Below, in pieces: positions 18,221 through 27,429 of a stretch of 64,000 nucleotides of DNA; positions within the stretch are counted from its first letter, which is position 1, and every line of letters begins with the position of its first letter. This DNA comes from Candidatus Micrarchaeia archaeon (GTDB taxonomy: Archaea; Micrarchaeota; Micrarchaeia; CABMEP01). The DNA is taken from NCBI GenBank assembly GCA_038881595.1, contig JAVZPM010000001.1, forward strand, positions 32,001-96,000, given 5' to 3'. Made by a program: the position numbers and the translations under genes. Below the pieces are notes generated by a model. That model searched no databases. It worked only from the letters and a program-made list of their open reading frames with translations, and was not told the origin of the DNA.

Positions 18221-20627
18221 GTTGAGGATAAAAATTCTCTTTATATTTCTCTATATAAATAGTATCTATCTTAGAATCCAAATAAGTTAGAATAAATCTA
18301 CCTTGATATTCTCTTAATAATTGAAGATACTTCCTTATATATTCTGAATAATCATTCTCTTTCGATAATTTTATATAATTTTTAAGCTTATCCTCTATGT
18401 CTTTCTTTTTATTTGATTCATCTTCTACAAAAACTTCTACTTTACCTAAAGAGTATCTAAAGCCTTGAGGCAAGATTGAACTTAACGATGATACAGACCA
18501 AATGGTATAAGCAACAAGATTATTAACAAAATCTATATAGTCTTTACTTTGAGAATATTCAAATTTTGATGTATCGATTTCTTTTTTTATAAATTCTTCA
18601 CTGAATTCACTCTTTTTAATCAAATTTCCTTTATTTTCTCTTAATAATTCGATTACTTTATTAATTTCTTCTCTATCATACGGACCATAAAAATTTATAT
18701 TGCTTTTATTTTTTTTATTGTTTTCACTATTTTCACTTTCTTCTTTTCCACCGCTTTCACCAACTTTATCACTGGGTGGTAGCAATATTATAAATTCTGC
18801 ATTACGGCTTTTTCCATCTCTATTAACTCTCCCTGCCGATTGAACTAAAGAAGGAATTGGTGAAATCAATCTTATTATACAGTCAAAAGAAATATCAACG
18901 CCTGCTTCTAATACTTGCGTTGAAATGGCTATTAACTTCTTACTCTTGTTTATTTTATCTAATTCCTTTTGTTTATGCTCATTAATTAATGAACTATGTA
19001 TTAACGCTATTTCATAATTTTCTTTAATAACATCTTTAGCATTCTTTTTTTCTAGTAATCTATATAAGTCAACAGCGTTTTTTATTGTATTGACAATTAT
19101 ACAAATTCTAGAATTTTCTTCATTTTTTGATTCATTTACTTTCTGTTTTATTATATCTACAATTTGAGAATTTTTATCAATCTCACTTATTAAAACATTT
19201 GCGTCGCGTTTTTTATGAAAAGACCACCAATATTTATCGTACAAAAGTTTAAATGGAATACCATCAATAGCTATATAATCTTTAAATTCAGAAACTGAAA
19301 TTTCAAAAGGAGGTGTAGCAGTAGTTATTGCCAATTTACAAGTATATTCACCATTTATATCTTTTATATTTGCTATTTCACTTATTAATTTATACATTAA
19401 ATTCCTCATGTCCATTCCATAAGCCTGTATTTCATCAAAAACGATTACTGAATTCATTAACATACCATATCTTATAGGATATCTCTCTAAATTTAAGAAT
19501 GACATCAGTATTTGATCTGCTGTAGTTATTATTATTGGTTTCTCCATAAAATACTTTCTCGCATTTAGATAGAAATTAAATTTTTCAATATCACTTAGTT
19601 CACTTGCATAATCAATTGTTTTATCAGTTATCCAATTTGAATCCCATTTATCAACGTTTTCGTCTCCGAAATAAAAAGTAAAACGATTATACAAGTCGTT
19701 TATTAAATTTCGATAAGGTAATACATATATTATTTTTCTTGCGTTCAATTTTTTGGCATTACTCAATGCCCATTTTAAAGATAATTCAGTCTTGCCTATT
19801 CCAGTTGGTGCGCATATAAAAATTCTATCATCATCTATATTTTTAATTAATAGATCTTCGATTTTATTTCTAATACTTTCAGCTTCTAAATCCTTATCTA
19901 CTCTTTCTTCCTTTCTTTCTTTAAATTTCTTTTTGAAAGAAGATTCAATCTTATTCCAATCTGGTAGAATTTCCTTATTGCTATCGGAAGTAGAATACCA
20001 ATCTAATTCCACGAAAATAGAATAAAGTGAAGCAAATTTCTTTTTGACCTCAGGTGAAACCATTTTAAATTTATTATATATTCGTTTTAAAATCTCTTTT
20101 AATTTTTCATTATAAAGGCGATTATAATCTGAACCATTTGAATTTAAATAGTAATATATAAATTTTTCTTCATCGAAATATTTTCCATAATTAGGATCTA
20201 AACTTTGAAGTATTTGCTTAACTCTTATTAGCTCATCTTTTTCTATTATATTGATATTATTTTTTTGAATGGAAAAATGAACCAAATCATTTTGTAACAT
20301 ATCAAAAGATATTGGTCCATGATGGTAATAAACTAACATTAGATAAATATCTATATCCTCCTCATTAATTGATCTTTGATTCGTTATATTGTATTCTTTT
20401 ATAATGTATTCAATAATTGGCAGAGAAGCTAAAGGATGTCTAAATCTAAAGTTCTCATTTTTTTCTAATTTCTTCTGAAATTTATCTGAAACTTTACCGA
20501 TATCATGCAATAAAAAAACCAGCGCTTCTAATTCTGAAATATTTTTTGGAATTTTATTCTTTATTTCCCTCAAATGATCTATAAGCTTTTGATTAGGCCT
20601 AGCTAATAATTGATCATGCTGCATCAA
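18201..20627 (-). CDS. cas3: Cas3 HD nuclease-helicase
   Basis: N-terminal DHL, LHDIGK, RH, HHG; helicase motifs APTGIGKT, DEIQ, TAT, QVLEAGVD, QSAGRVNR. Confidence 0.96.
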   Translation of the reverse strand: MMQHDQLLARPNQKLIDHLREIKNKIPKNISELEALVFLLHDIGKVSDKFQKKLEKNENFRFRHPLASLPIIEYIIKEYNITNQRSINEEDIDIYLMLVYYHHGPISFDMLQNDLVHFSIQKNNINIIEKDELIRVKQILQSLDPNYGKYFDEEKFIYYYLNSNGSDYNRLYNEKLKEILKRIYNKFKMVSPEVKKKFASLYSIFVELDWYSTSDSNKEILPDWNKIESSFKKKFKERKEERVDKDLEAESIRNKIEDLLIKNIDDDRIFICAPTGIGKTELSLKWALSNAKKLNARKIIYVLPYRNLINDLYNRFTFYFGDENVDKWDSNWITDKTIDYASELSDIEKFNFYLNARKYFMEKPIIITTADQILMSFLNLERYPIRYGMLMNSVIVFDEIQAYGMDMRNLMYKLISEIANIKDINGEYTCKLAITTATPPFEISVSEFKDYIAIDGIPFKLLYDKYWWSFHKKRDANVLISEIDKNSQIVDIIKQKVNESKNEENSRICIIVNTIKNAVDLYRLLEKKNAKDVIKENYEIALIHSSLINEHKQKELDKINKSKKLIAISTQVLEAGVDISFDCIIRLISPIPSLVQSAGRVNRDGKSRNAEFIILLPPSDKVGESGGKEESENSENNKKNKSNINFYGPYDREEINKVIELLRENKGNLIKKSEFSEEFIKKEIDTSKFEYSQSKDYIDFVNNLVAYTIWSVSSLSSILPQGFRYSLGKVEVFVEDESNKKKDIEDKLKNYIKLSKENDYSEYIRKYLQLLREYQGRFILTYLDSKIDTIYIEKYKENFYPQHENSDK

Positions 20628-21391
20628 ATCACCAAGAATTGATTAATATTTCCATTCAACTTTATTTCAAAAACAGGAATATTATTATTTAATCTAAATT
20701 CCATTTTTCTTAATGGAACCAAAACTTCTTTTTCTTTCATTGTATCTTCAACTTTTTCTATATTTTGAGGGGTACTAATAAGTATAGAAGATCTTAAAAA
20801 TTCGCTAAGTTTGTCTCTATCGATACTTGATAAATCAACAACATCAAGAGGTAAAATGAAGTCAGTCTCAATATCTTGCCTATTACTAAAATTAATTTGA
20901 TTGCTATTTATTTCTTCAGATAAATTAATAGTAGCCGGACATTCATTATAGCCTAAATAAACTTTAAAAATTTCGCTATTTATGATTATTTCTTTATTTT
21001 TTTCTCCTAATATTGGATCATCTTTAGGTAGAAAATATATAATCTCATATGATGGATTTACAATATACTCTATAGTAGTTGGTTTACGTTCTCTCTCTTT
21101 TGACATATAATTTACATAATCCATATATTTTACTATTCCTCTTTTTAGTGAAATTGCTATGAATGTATTGTCAAATAATTCTCTTAATTTTTTACTTTTG
21201 AATAGTAATATATTTTTATCAATTCTTTTGTATAAACCAACTTTAGCAAGTAACATGCCTATGGCAGTTGATTTTGGAGGTAAAATAAAAGTTAATCTAC
21301 TTGAAACTGTAGTTGGCTGCCTAAAATGGGCAAGCCAACCTTCAACACTTAATCTATAAAACCAAAATTTAGAAAGATCTAAATTTTGCAT
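20624..21391 (-). CDS. cas5: Cas5
   Basis: LAHFRQP...TFILPPKSTAIGML and YLG motifs; lies between cas7 and cas3. Confidence 0.9.
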   Translation of the reverse strand: MQNLDLSKFWFYRLSVEGWLAHFRQPTTVSSRLTFILPPKSTAIGMLLAKVGLYKRIDKNILLFKSKKLRELFDNTFIAISLKRGIVKYMDYVNYMSKERERKPTTIEYIVNPSYEIIYFLPKDDPILGEKNKEIIINSEIFKVYLGYNECPATINLSEEINSNQINFSNRQDIETDFILPLDVVDLSSIDRDKLSEFLRSSILISTPQNIEKVEDTMKEKEVLVPLRKMEFRLNNNIPVFEIKLNGNINQFLVI

Positions 21392-21402
21392 TATAACACC
21401 TT

Positions 21403-22383
21403 TTAATTTTTGCTGTAAACTATTTCCTCTGCTATCTCTTTTATTTTCCATTTTTGTCCTAATTTACTTAATTTCTCTTCAGTTTCATCAAAGAATAGTT
21501 TATCTGCATAGTAATAAGTTTTATTTGATTTGAATGTTGGAATTTCTGCAAACTTTAATTTATCATCTGCTACATTGATACACTTGAAAATCTTCTTATC
21601 TGAATCACCGTATCCAAAATCGTTTATTTCTAATAATTTAAATATGCATGTAGGTCTATCTCTTGCACCACCTGAATCTTTTTGAAGGGCATAGTCAACC
21701 GCTTCAAGGAAGTTTTCTAAACGATTTAATCTTTCTTCCTTGTTATCTCCTACGTATTCATCGTTTGAATATAATATAAGATCAGGGTTTATATAAAATG
21801 ATGCAAAATAGAATTCTTTTGAAATCGATCTGTTTATTAAAGAACCCCCTCCGCTACTTTCATCCTTAACATTCAAAATGCAACTATTAAAGTCTATAAA
21901 CTGATGAATTGGTTCTAATGAAACTGCTCCCCACGTCGTTATGGGACCAGGTCTATTTATCTTCTCCTCATACATGAAACCGAATAAGTCAACATCTATA
22001 TATTTTTTAATAGCGTTTTTGATATCTTTTCTAGCATCAGCTGAATTTGATTTTGCATCTACTGTATTCTCTGCCATTACGCAAGACAATTTCTTTTTAA
22101 TCCAATAATCTCTTATCCTTCTTTTAATAGCGTAAGGACTTATATAAATGCGAGGTTCGGCTTCTTCTCCCCAAGGTATAATCTTTTGAGAGATTACATT
22201 AGTTCCTGTTGAACCACTTGCATTTTGATTTGATGGGAAAGAGTAATAAATAGCTGTTAAAGTTACTCTTTTTCCATGACTAAAACCATATTTCTCACTT
22301 ATTTCCTTCATTTCTTCGCTAAACAAAACAAACTCTTTGAATTTCTTAGCTTCTTCATTTTTATCTTTATTATTTTTAGCCAT
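21403..22383 (-). CDS. cas7: Cas7 (Cst2/DevR-like)
   Basis: YISPYAIKRRIRD, DVDLFGFM, RPGPI...AVSL motifs. Confidence 0.9.
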   Translation of the reverse strand: MAKNNKDKNEEAKKFKEFVLFSEEMKEISEKYGFSHGKRVTLTAIYYSFPSNQNASGSTGTNVISQKIIPWGEEAEPRIYISPYAIKRRIRDYWIKKKLSCVMAENTVDAKSNSADARKDIKNAIKKYIDVDLFGFMYEEKINRPGPITTWGAVSLEPIHQFIDFNSCILNVKDESSGGGSLINRSISKEFYFASFYINPDLILYSNDEYVGDNKEERLNRLENFLEAVDYALQKDSGGARDRPTCIFKLLEINDFGYGDSDKKIFKCINVADDKLKFAEIPTFKSNKTYYYADKLFFDETEEKLSKLGQKWKIKEIAEEIVYSKN

Positions 22384-22392
22384 AATACCACC

Positions 22393-22782
22393 TCAATTAA
22401 TATTACCTTCTACTTTTTCACCTTCACTTTGAACAGACTCCTCTTTTTTTCTAGCTATGCTACTTAGCATCCCTAAAATAAAATAAAGTCTTAGTTCTTC
22501 ATCATCTGCTATTTTTTCAATATATTCATTCATATTTTGTACAATCCCTAATCCATAATTCCTAGTTATCTCTATAATTGTCCTTATAAATTCTTTTCCA
22601 CTAAGCTCCATAACTGCACTAGAAGAAACAATATACTTTTCTGAACTCTCCTTATCTTCTTTATAAATATCAGATTCTTTTATTCTATAACCAAAATACA
22701 TTCCCTTTTTCAATGCTTCTAATTTTGAGTTTCTATCGTTTTCACTGGAAGATTTTTTTTCTGCCATAAAATTATTTCCCAT
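22393..22782 (-). CDS. cas11: Putative internally translated Cas11 small subunit, 129 aa, in frame within cas8
   Basis: GAGGTGA SD at 22788-22794, 5 nt before an in-frame ATG (MGNNF...). Confidence 0.6.
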   Translation of the reverse strand: MGNNFMAEKKSSSENDRNSKLEALKKGMYFGYRIKESDIYKEDKESSEKYIVSSSAVMELSGKEFIRTIIEITRNYGLGIVQNMNEYIEKIADDEELRLYFILGMLSSIARKKEESVQSEGEKVEGNIN

Positions 22783-23922
22783 TTCATTCACCTCTAAGTA
22801 TTCTTCTACAAATTTTCTAAATTCCTTTAATAAAAAAGAAGAATAGAATTTTTTATGGTTTTTCGAAAAATTAGTTCTATACATATCGATAAAAGAGATT
22901 ATTAATCCTTTATTCAAATATGACGTTTGAATGAAGTCACCAAGTGAAACGAAATATGTTGGTAAATCCATCAATTCATTTAAAAATATTTTTTTGAAAT
23001 TTAGAACTGAATTTTTGTTTTTTTCAAGCATCTTAACTAATTTTGGAAATATATTGAACTGAGAAATAGAAATAGGTACTGTATTCCCGGCTTGGGAACC
23101 TTCTTGGAAAAACATAATGTAAATTCTAGAAAAGTTATCATTAAGATAAACGTATTTTAAAAATCTATCAAATTGATTTTCATAGAATATGAAAGATGGA
23201 GTTATGTCTTCTTCATCTGATATTATACTATAGTAAATGTAAATAATTCTTTCTTTTTTAGATATTCTTTTTCTTTTAGAAAAGATTTCATAATTTTTAT
23301 CTGGAACTGGATAAAGATTTGATAGAATTGTATATACTAAACATCTAAAACATATAGTATATCTTTGAAATTCAAAAGTGTAATCGCTTTTATTAGAAAG
23401 GGTTAGATTTGATAAAGAACGGTTTCTTCCTTGCATTCCACAATTGTAGCATTTTGTCTCACAATCTGTATTCTCTTTTAATGAACCAACAAAATAAGAG
23501 AATAAAATCTTTGCTTTTCTTTCACCATGAAAAAATTTAACCAGTGATTTTAATGAGAATTTCTCTTTATTTTTACCTTTTTTTCCTTGATTCTCTATTT
23601 CTCTCATTTCACCATAGGTAATAGCTAAAATTTTAGAAATATAGTCTAAACTCAACATTTTGTTAGATGGAATGTTCTCTATAGCCACATTTGTCCTTAA
23701 AATAATATGAAATACCTTTTTCATTAGTGGAAATTCACTAGGATCCTTAAATAATTTATCCCATAATTGATTTACGATTGTTGGAATGTCGTCATTTGAT
23801 TTAATTATTGCATCAGAAAAACGATATAATTCATTATCTAGCTCGCTCAAATCTGAACTTTGGATTATATTTTTTGCAACGGCCCTACCCATTGCAATTT
23901 GAAAGTTACTGTACCCCTTCAC
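22393..23922 (-). CDS. cas8: Divergent Cas8 large subunit (I-B-like)
   Basis: Position between cas6 and cas7; CYNC...CFRC Zn motif; helical C-terminus. Confidence 0.75.
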   Translation of the reverse strand: MKGYSNFQIAMGRAVAKNIIQSSDLSELDNELYRFSDAIIKSNDDIPTIVNQLWDKLFKDPSEFPLMKKVFHIILRTNVAIENIPSNKMLSLDYISKILAITYGEMREIENQGKKGKNKEKFSLKSLVKFFHGERKAKILFSYFVGSLKENTDCETKCYNCGMQGRNRSLSNLTLSNKSDYTFEFQRYTICFRCLVYTILSNLYPVPDKNYEIFSKRKRISKKERIIYIYYSIISDEEDITPSFIFYENQFDRFLKYVYLNDNFSRIYIMFFQEGSQAGNTVPISISQFNIFPKLVKMLEKNKNSVLNFKKIFLNELMDLPTYFVSLGDFIQTSYLNKGLIISFIDMYRTNFSKNHKKFYSSFLLKEFRKFVEEYLEVNEMGNNFMAEKKSSSENDRNSKLEALKKGMYFGYRIKESDIYKEDKESSEKYIVSSSAVMELSGKEFIRTIIEITRNYGLGIVQNMNEYIEKIADDEELRLYFILGMLSSIARKKEESVQSEGEKVEGNIN

Positions 23923-24637
23923 CTAATCCACCTTTAAACCCTAACATACCAAATCCAAGTTTAGTTCTATCTCCAATTCCATAAAATAGCGCGATTGCTT
24001 TAGCCTTATCGCCATTAAATGAAATCGAAACAGAAGGAGATTTTGCTGAAAATGCTCTTATATATACATCTTCATTTTTTGAGTTCTTAAAAACATACAG
24101 CTTCTTCCTAAAGTCATCCCTAGTACCATTTATTTTTACATTTGTATCTTCTACATCAATATTTAATTTAGTACTAACTCTTTTTATTCCTTCAGAGATA
24201 CTTTTTTCAAAAAAATTTAGATCAATCTCATCTAAAACTTTCTCTTTTGTTCGAATTACAAAAGGAGATAAAAAGTTAAAATGTTTATATGAACTTATAT
24301 CAAAATTTTCTAAAATAGTATTTACTATATTAAAATTAAACATCTTATTTCTATCATTTAACCTTAAACTTCTATTTAAACCAGAATAGAATGCATTAAA
24401 AACTTCTTTATAAGGAGTTGTAAAATACAAAATATGATATGATTTATAGGGAATTATATTAGAAAAAACAAATGCCCGAGGTAATTTATTTGAATGTATT
24501 TTATCACTAAGATCAGGATTTTTCATTCTTATAGCATTAAGAATGAAAGAATAAATTAAGTATCTATCATTAAAGATAATTGAATTTGAAATTGGATTCC
24601 CTTTTCTTAAATATATCTTTAATCTTGAATAAATCAT
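23906..24637 (-). CDS. cas6: Cas6 crRNA endoribonuclease
   Basis: FVFS, LSP and C-terminal G-rich loop GIGDRTKLGFG. Confidence 0.92.
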   Translation of the reverse strand: MIYSRLKIYLRKGNPISNSIIFNDRYLIYSFILNAIRMKNPDLSDKIHSNKLPRAFVFSNIIPYKSYHILYFTTPYKEVFNAFYSGLNRSLRLNDRNKMFNFNIVNTILENFDISSYKHFNFLSPFVIRTKEKVLDEIDLNFFEKSISEGIKRVSTKLNIDVEDTNVKINGTRDDFRKKLYVFKNSKNEDVYIRAFSAKSPSVSISFNGDKAKAIALFYGIGDRTKLGFGMLGFKGGLGEGVQ

Positions 24638-24698
24638 GTTGAACTTAAAATAATGAAAGATTATAAATCTTTTCTTAGTGGTTTTCCACTGAAAAAGT

Positions 24699-26510
24699 TC
24701 AGTGACTCAAATATTTCGGTTCTGGCTCTGGCCCTACAACTGCTTTTATTCTTCTTACTCCTGCAGAAACCGATTCTTCTTTTATTATCTTGAAATGACC
24801 GAGTTCAGCAGTATTTGAAACGTGGGGTCCAGTGCAAACCTCCATTGAAAAGTCACCGATAGTATAAACTGAAACTCTTTCACCATACTTTCCTTCAAAA
24901 AGTGCGATTGCTCCCTTTGCTTTTGCTTCCTCTAAAGTCATTTCTTCGCGAATCACTGGAATCTTTCTTTTAATTGCCTCATTAACCAGATCCTCAACCT
25001 GCTTTATCTGCTCTGGTGTAAGTTTTTGAGGATAAGAAAAGTCAAACCTTAACCTCTCTGCTGTAATGTTGCTTCCTTTCTGTTTTACTTCTGGTCCTAA
25101 AATCTTTCTCAGTGCGGCGTGCAAAAGATGTGTTGCTGTATGAAGCTTGATTGTTTCTTCTTTGGTATCTGCAAGTCCACTCTTGAATTTTTTCTCTGTT
25201 GCCATTCTTGAAAGTTCTTGATGTCTTTGGTACTCTAACTTAAATTCCTCATCGAAACTTTGTTGGATATTGATTCCCTTCTCCTGCATCAATTCTTTTG
25301 TCATCTCTATTGGAAAGCCGTGAGACTGGAAGAGAAGGAATGCGTCAGCTCCAGTAAGCATACTCTTTTCAGCAATGTATTTATTGAATAACTTCATTCC
25401 AGACTCCAATGTTTCCTTGAATCTGTTCTCTTCTTTTTCTAATTCTGTGAATATAAATTGCCTATTCTTTGACAACTCTGGATAATCATCTTTATAAATT
25501 TGAATAACAACTTCTGCGAGTTCTTTACAGAAATTATCTTGAATTCCTAATAACCTTCCATGTCTTACCATTCTTCTTATATATCTCCTTAAGATGTATC
25601 CCTGATCTACATTTGAAGGTGTAATTCCTTTTTCATCCCCTAAAATGAAAGTTGCAGCTCTGATATGATCTGCAATTACTCTAAATGATTTTATGTTTTC
25701 TTTTGATTCTTCTTTTCCGGAAATTTCCTTTAATTTATCTATAATTGGTTTGAAAACCTCTATTTCAAATATATTTGTCTTTCCTTGTAGTATCATTGTA
25801 ACTCTTTCTACACCTAAACCAGTATCTACATTCTTTTGAGAGAGTGGCTCATACTTGCCTTCTTTTGTTTTGTTATACTGCATGAATACGTCATTCCAAA
25901 TCTCAACCCATCTTTTGTCGTTCGGATCAAAAACCTTTGGAGCTGGAATATCATTTGGCGTCCAGTAGAACATTTCTGTATCTGGTCCACATGGTCCTGT
26001 GTTTCCTGCAGGACCCCACCAGTTATTCTCCTTTGGAAGAAATGCGATTCTTTCCTTTGGAACGCCTAAAGACATCCAGATATTTGCTGCTTCCTCGTCT
26101 CTAGGTGCATCACTATCTCCTGCAAAACAGGTAACTGCTAACCTGCTTTTATCAAGCCCTAGCCAATTAGATGATGTCAAAAATTCATAGCTCATCTCTA
26201 TTGCTTCTTTTTTAAAATAATCCCCTAAACTCCAGTTCCCAAGCATCTCAAAAAATGTTGTATGTATGTCATCTCCAACTTCATCTATATCTTGAGTCCT
26301 TATGCATTTCTGAACGTTTGCAAGTCTTTTTCCTAAAGGATGTGGCTGCCCCATTAAATAGGGTACTAAAGGATGCATTCCAGCGGTAGTGAAAAGAACT
26401 GTTGGATCATTTTCTGGAATCAAAGATGCTGATGGTATTATCGCATGTCCTTTCTCTTTGAAGAATTGAAGATATTTTTTCTTTAAAATTTTTGAATTTA
26501 TAATGTCCAT
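24699..26510 (-). CDS. alaS: Alanine--tRNA ligase, short form lacking the C-Ala domain
   Basis: LFTTAGMHPL, HTTFFEMLGNWS, EIWNDVFMQY, DTGLG; editing motifs HTATH and CTGPH; ends after GVRRIKAV. Confidence 0.95.
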   Translation of the reverse strand: MDIINSKILKKKYLQFFKEKGHAIIPSASLIPENDPTVLFTTAGMHPLVPYLMGQPHPLGKRLANVQKCIRTQDIDEVGDDIHTTFFEMLGNWSLGDYFKKEAIEMSYEFLTSSNWLGLDKSRLAVTCFAGDSDAPRDEEAANIWMSLGVPKERIAFLPKENNWWGPAGNTGPCGPDTEMFYWTPNDIPAPKVFDPNDKRWVEIWNDVFMQYNKTKEGKYEPLSQKNVDTGLGVERVTMILQGKTNIFEIEVFKPIIDKLKEISGKEESKENIKSFRVIADHIRAATFILGDEKGITPSNVDQGYILRRYIRRMVRHGRLLGIQDNFCKELAEVVIQIYKDDYPELSKNRQFIFTELEKEENRFKETLESGMKLFNKYIAEKSMLTGADAFLLFQSHGFPIEMTKELMQEKGINIQQSFDEEFKLEYQRHQELSRMATEKKFKSGLADTKEETIKLHTATHLLHAALRKILGPEVKQKGSNITAERLRFDFSYPQKLTPEQIKQVEDLVNEAIKRKIPVIREEMTLEEAKAKGAIALFEGKYGERVSVYTIGDFSMEVCTGPHVSNTAELGHFKIIKEESVSAGVRRIKAVVGPEPEPKYLSH

Positions 26511-26585
26511 AATATAAATCAGTGGTTAAATATTAAAAAGATATTTGATTAATATAATAACATATTATTTTGAAAGATGTTATTT

Positions 26586-26658
26586 GGCCCTGTAGTCGAA
26601 TGGTTAAGACGCCACTCTCACACAGTGGAGATTCGGAGTTCGATTCTCCGCGGGGCCA
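26586..26658 (+). tRNA. tRNA-Val(CAC)
   Basis: Cloverleaf GGCCCTG/CGGGGCC-A; anticodon arm CCACT-CTCACAC-AGTGG; GTTCGAT T-loop; no encoded CCA. Confidence 0.93.
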
Positions 26659-26671
26659 TGGAGATGATAAT

Positions 26672-27019
26672 ATGACTATATACCACCCAGGAAAAGTGGT
26701 TGCGGTTTATACATCAAAATCTAAAGATGTAATAAGCAGCGGAAAGGACGTACAAGTACTAGTTGAGATGTGGGATGATAATCTATTTACTTGCGATGTG
26801 TCAGCAGCGATATCTGACAAGGTAAATGAAGAAGATGTAGTTCTTGTAGATTATTCCCCAATCTCAGCAAAGATAAACGTACCTAAGCATTTAGTTGTAA
26901 AGATACTAAGAGGAAAAACAGCGGAAAAAACATGGGACAAGTACAGATCGTTTTATCATAAGAAGAAAAATGAAAATCAGCCAAAACCACCACAGCCACC
27001 AATGCAACTTTATGGCTGA
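26672..27019 (+). CDS. Hypothetical protein
   Basis: ORF starting MTIYHPGKV immediately after tRNA-Val; the longer ORF-track version overlaps the tRNA. Confidence 0.7.
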   Translation: MTIYHPGKVVAVYTSKSKDVISSGKDVQVLVEMWDDNLFTCDVSAAISDKVNEEDVVLVDYSPISAKINVPKHLVVKILRGKTAEKTWDKYRSFYHKKKNENQPKPPQPPMQLYG

Positions 27020-27137
27020 AATTTGATTAAAAAATAAAAAGTTAAACTAATATCGTTCTAATAATTATTCTAATAACTTGCTAAAAAGATAAGTATAAAA
27101 TATTTAACTGACATATATCTTTTACTTCTCAGTTTTA

Positions 27138-27212
27138 GCTCCGATCGTCTAGCCCGGTCAAGGACGCAGCCCTCTCAAGGCTGAAACTCGGGTTCAAATC
27201 CCGATCGGAGCA
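27138..27212 (+). tRNA. tRNA-Glu(CTC)
   Basis: GCTCCGA/TCGGAGC-A acceptor stem; CAGCC-CTCTCAA-GGCTG anticodon arm. Confidence 0.95.
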
Positions 27213-27217
27213 CTGAT

Positions 27218-27335
27218 GCAGGGGTGCCGGAGCGGTCAAACGGGGCAGCCTCAAGACCTAGGCAAAGCCTAAAAGGCAGCCCGTAAGAAAGCTGTTGGCT
27301 TAGGCCTTACGTGAGTTCGAATCTCACCCCCTGCA
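27218..27335 (+). tRNA. tRNA-Leu(CAA) with a 34-nt intron at 37/38 (27256-27289)
   Basis: GCAGGGG/CCCCTGC-A acceptor stem, long variable arm, GCAGC-CTCAAG^A-GCTGT arm after intron removal. Confidence 0.9.
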
Positions 27336-27429
27336 CTTTAAATTCTATTTTTTAATGCAATTACAGCTAAATATTCGAATAGATTCAAATAAAAATAGAT
27401 TCTAATAAAAAGTGTATTGAAAAAAGATA

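Noticed and set aside
26570..26671. N-terminal extension of ORF 26570..27019
   Set aside because: Overlaps tRNA-Val(CAC); the real start is likely the ATG at 26672.
27244..27295. Alternative splicing of tRNA-Leu via the repeated GGCAGCC to give another anticodon
   Set aside because: The alternative arm would have a 10-nt loop and no plausible splice motif.
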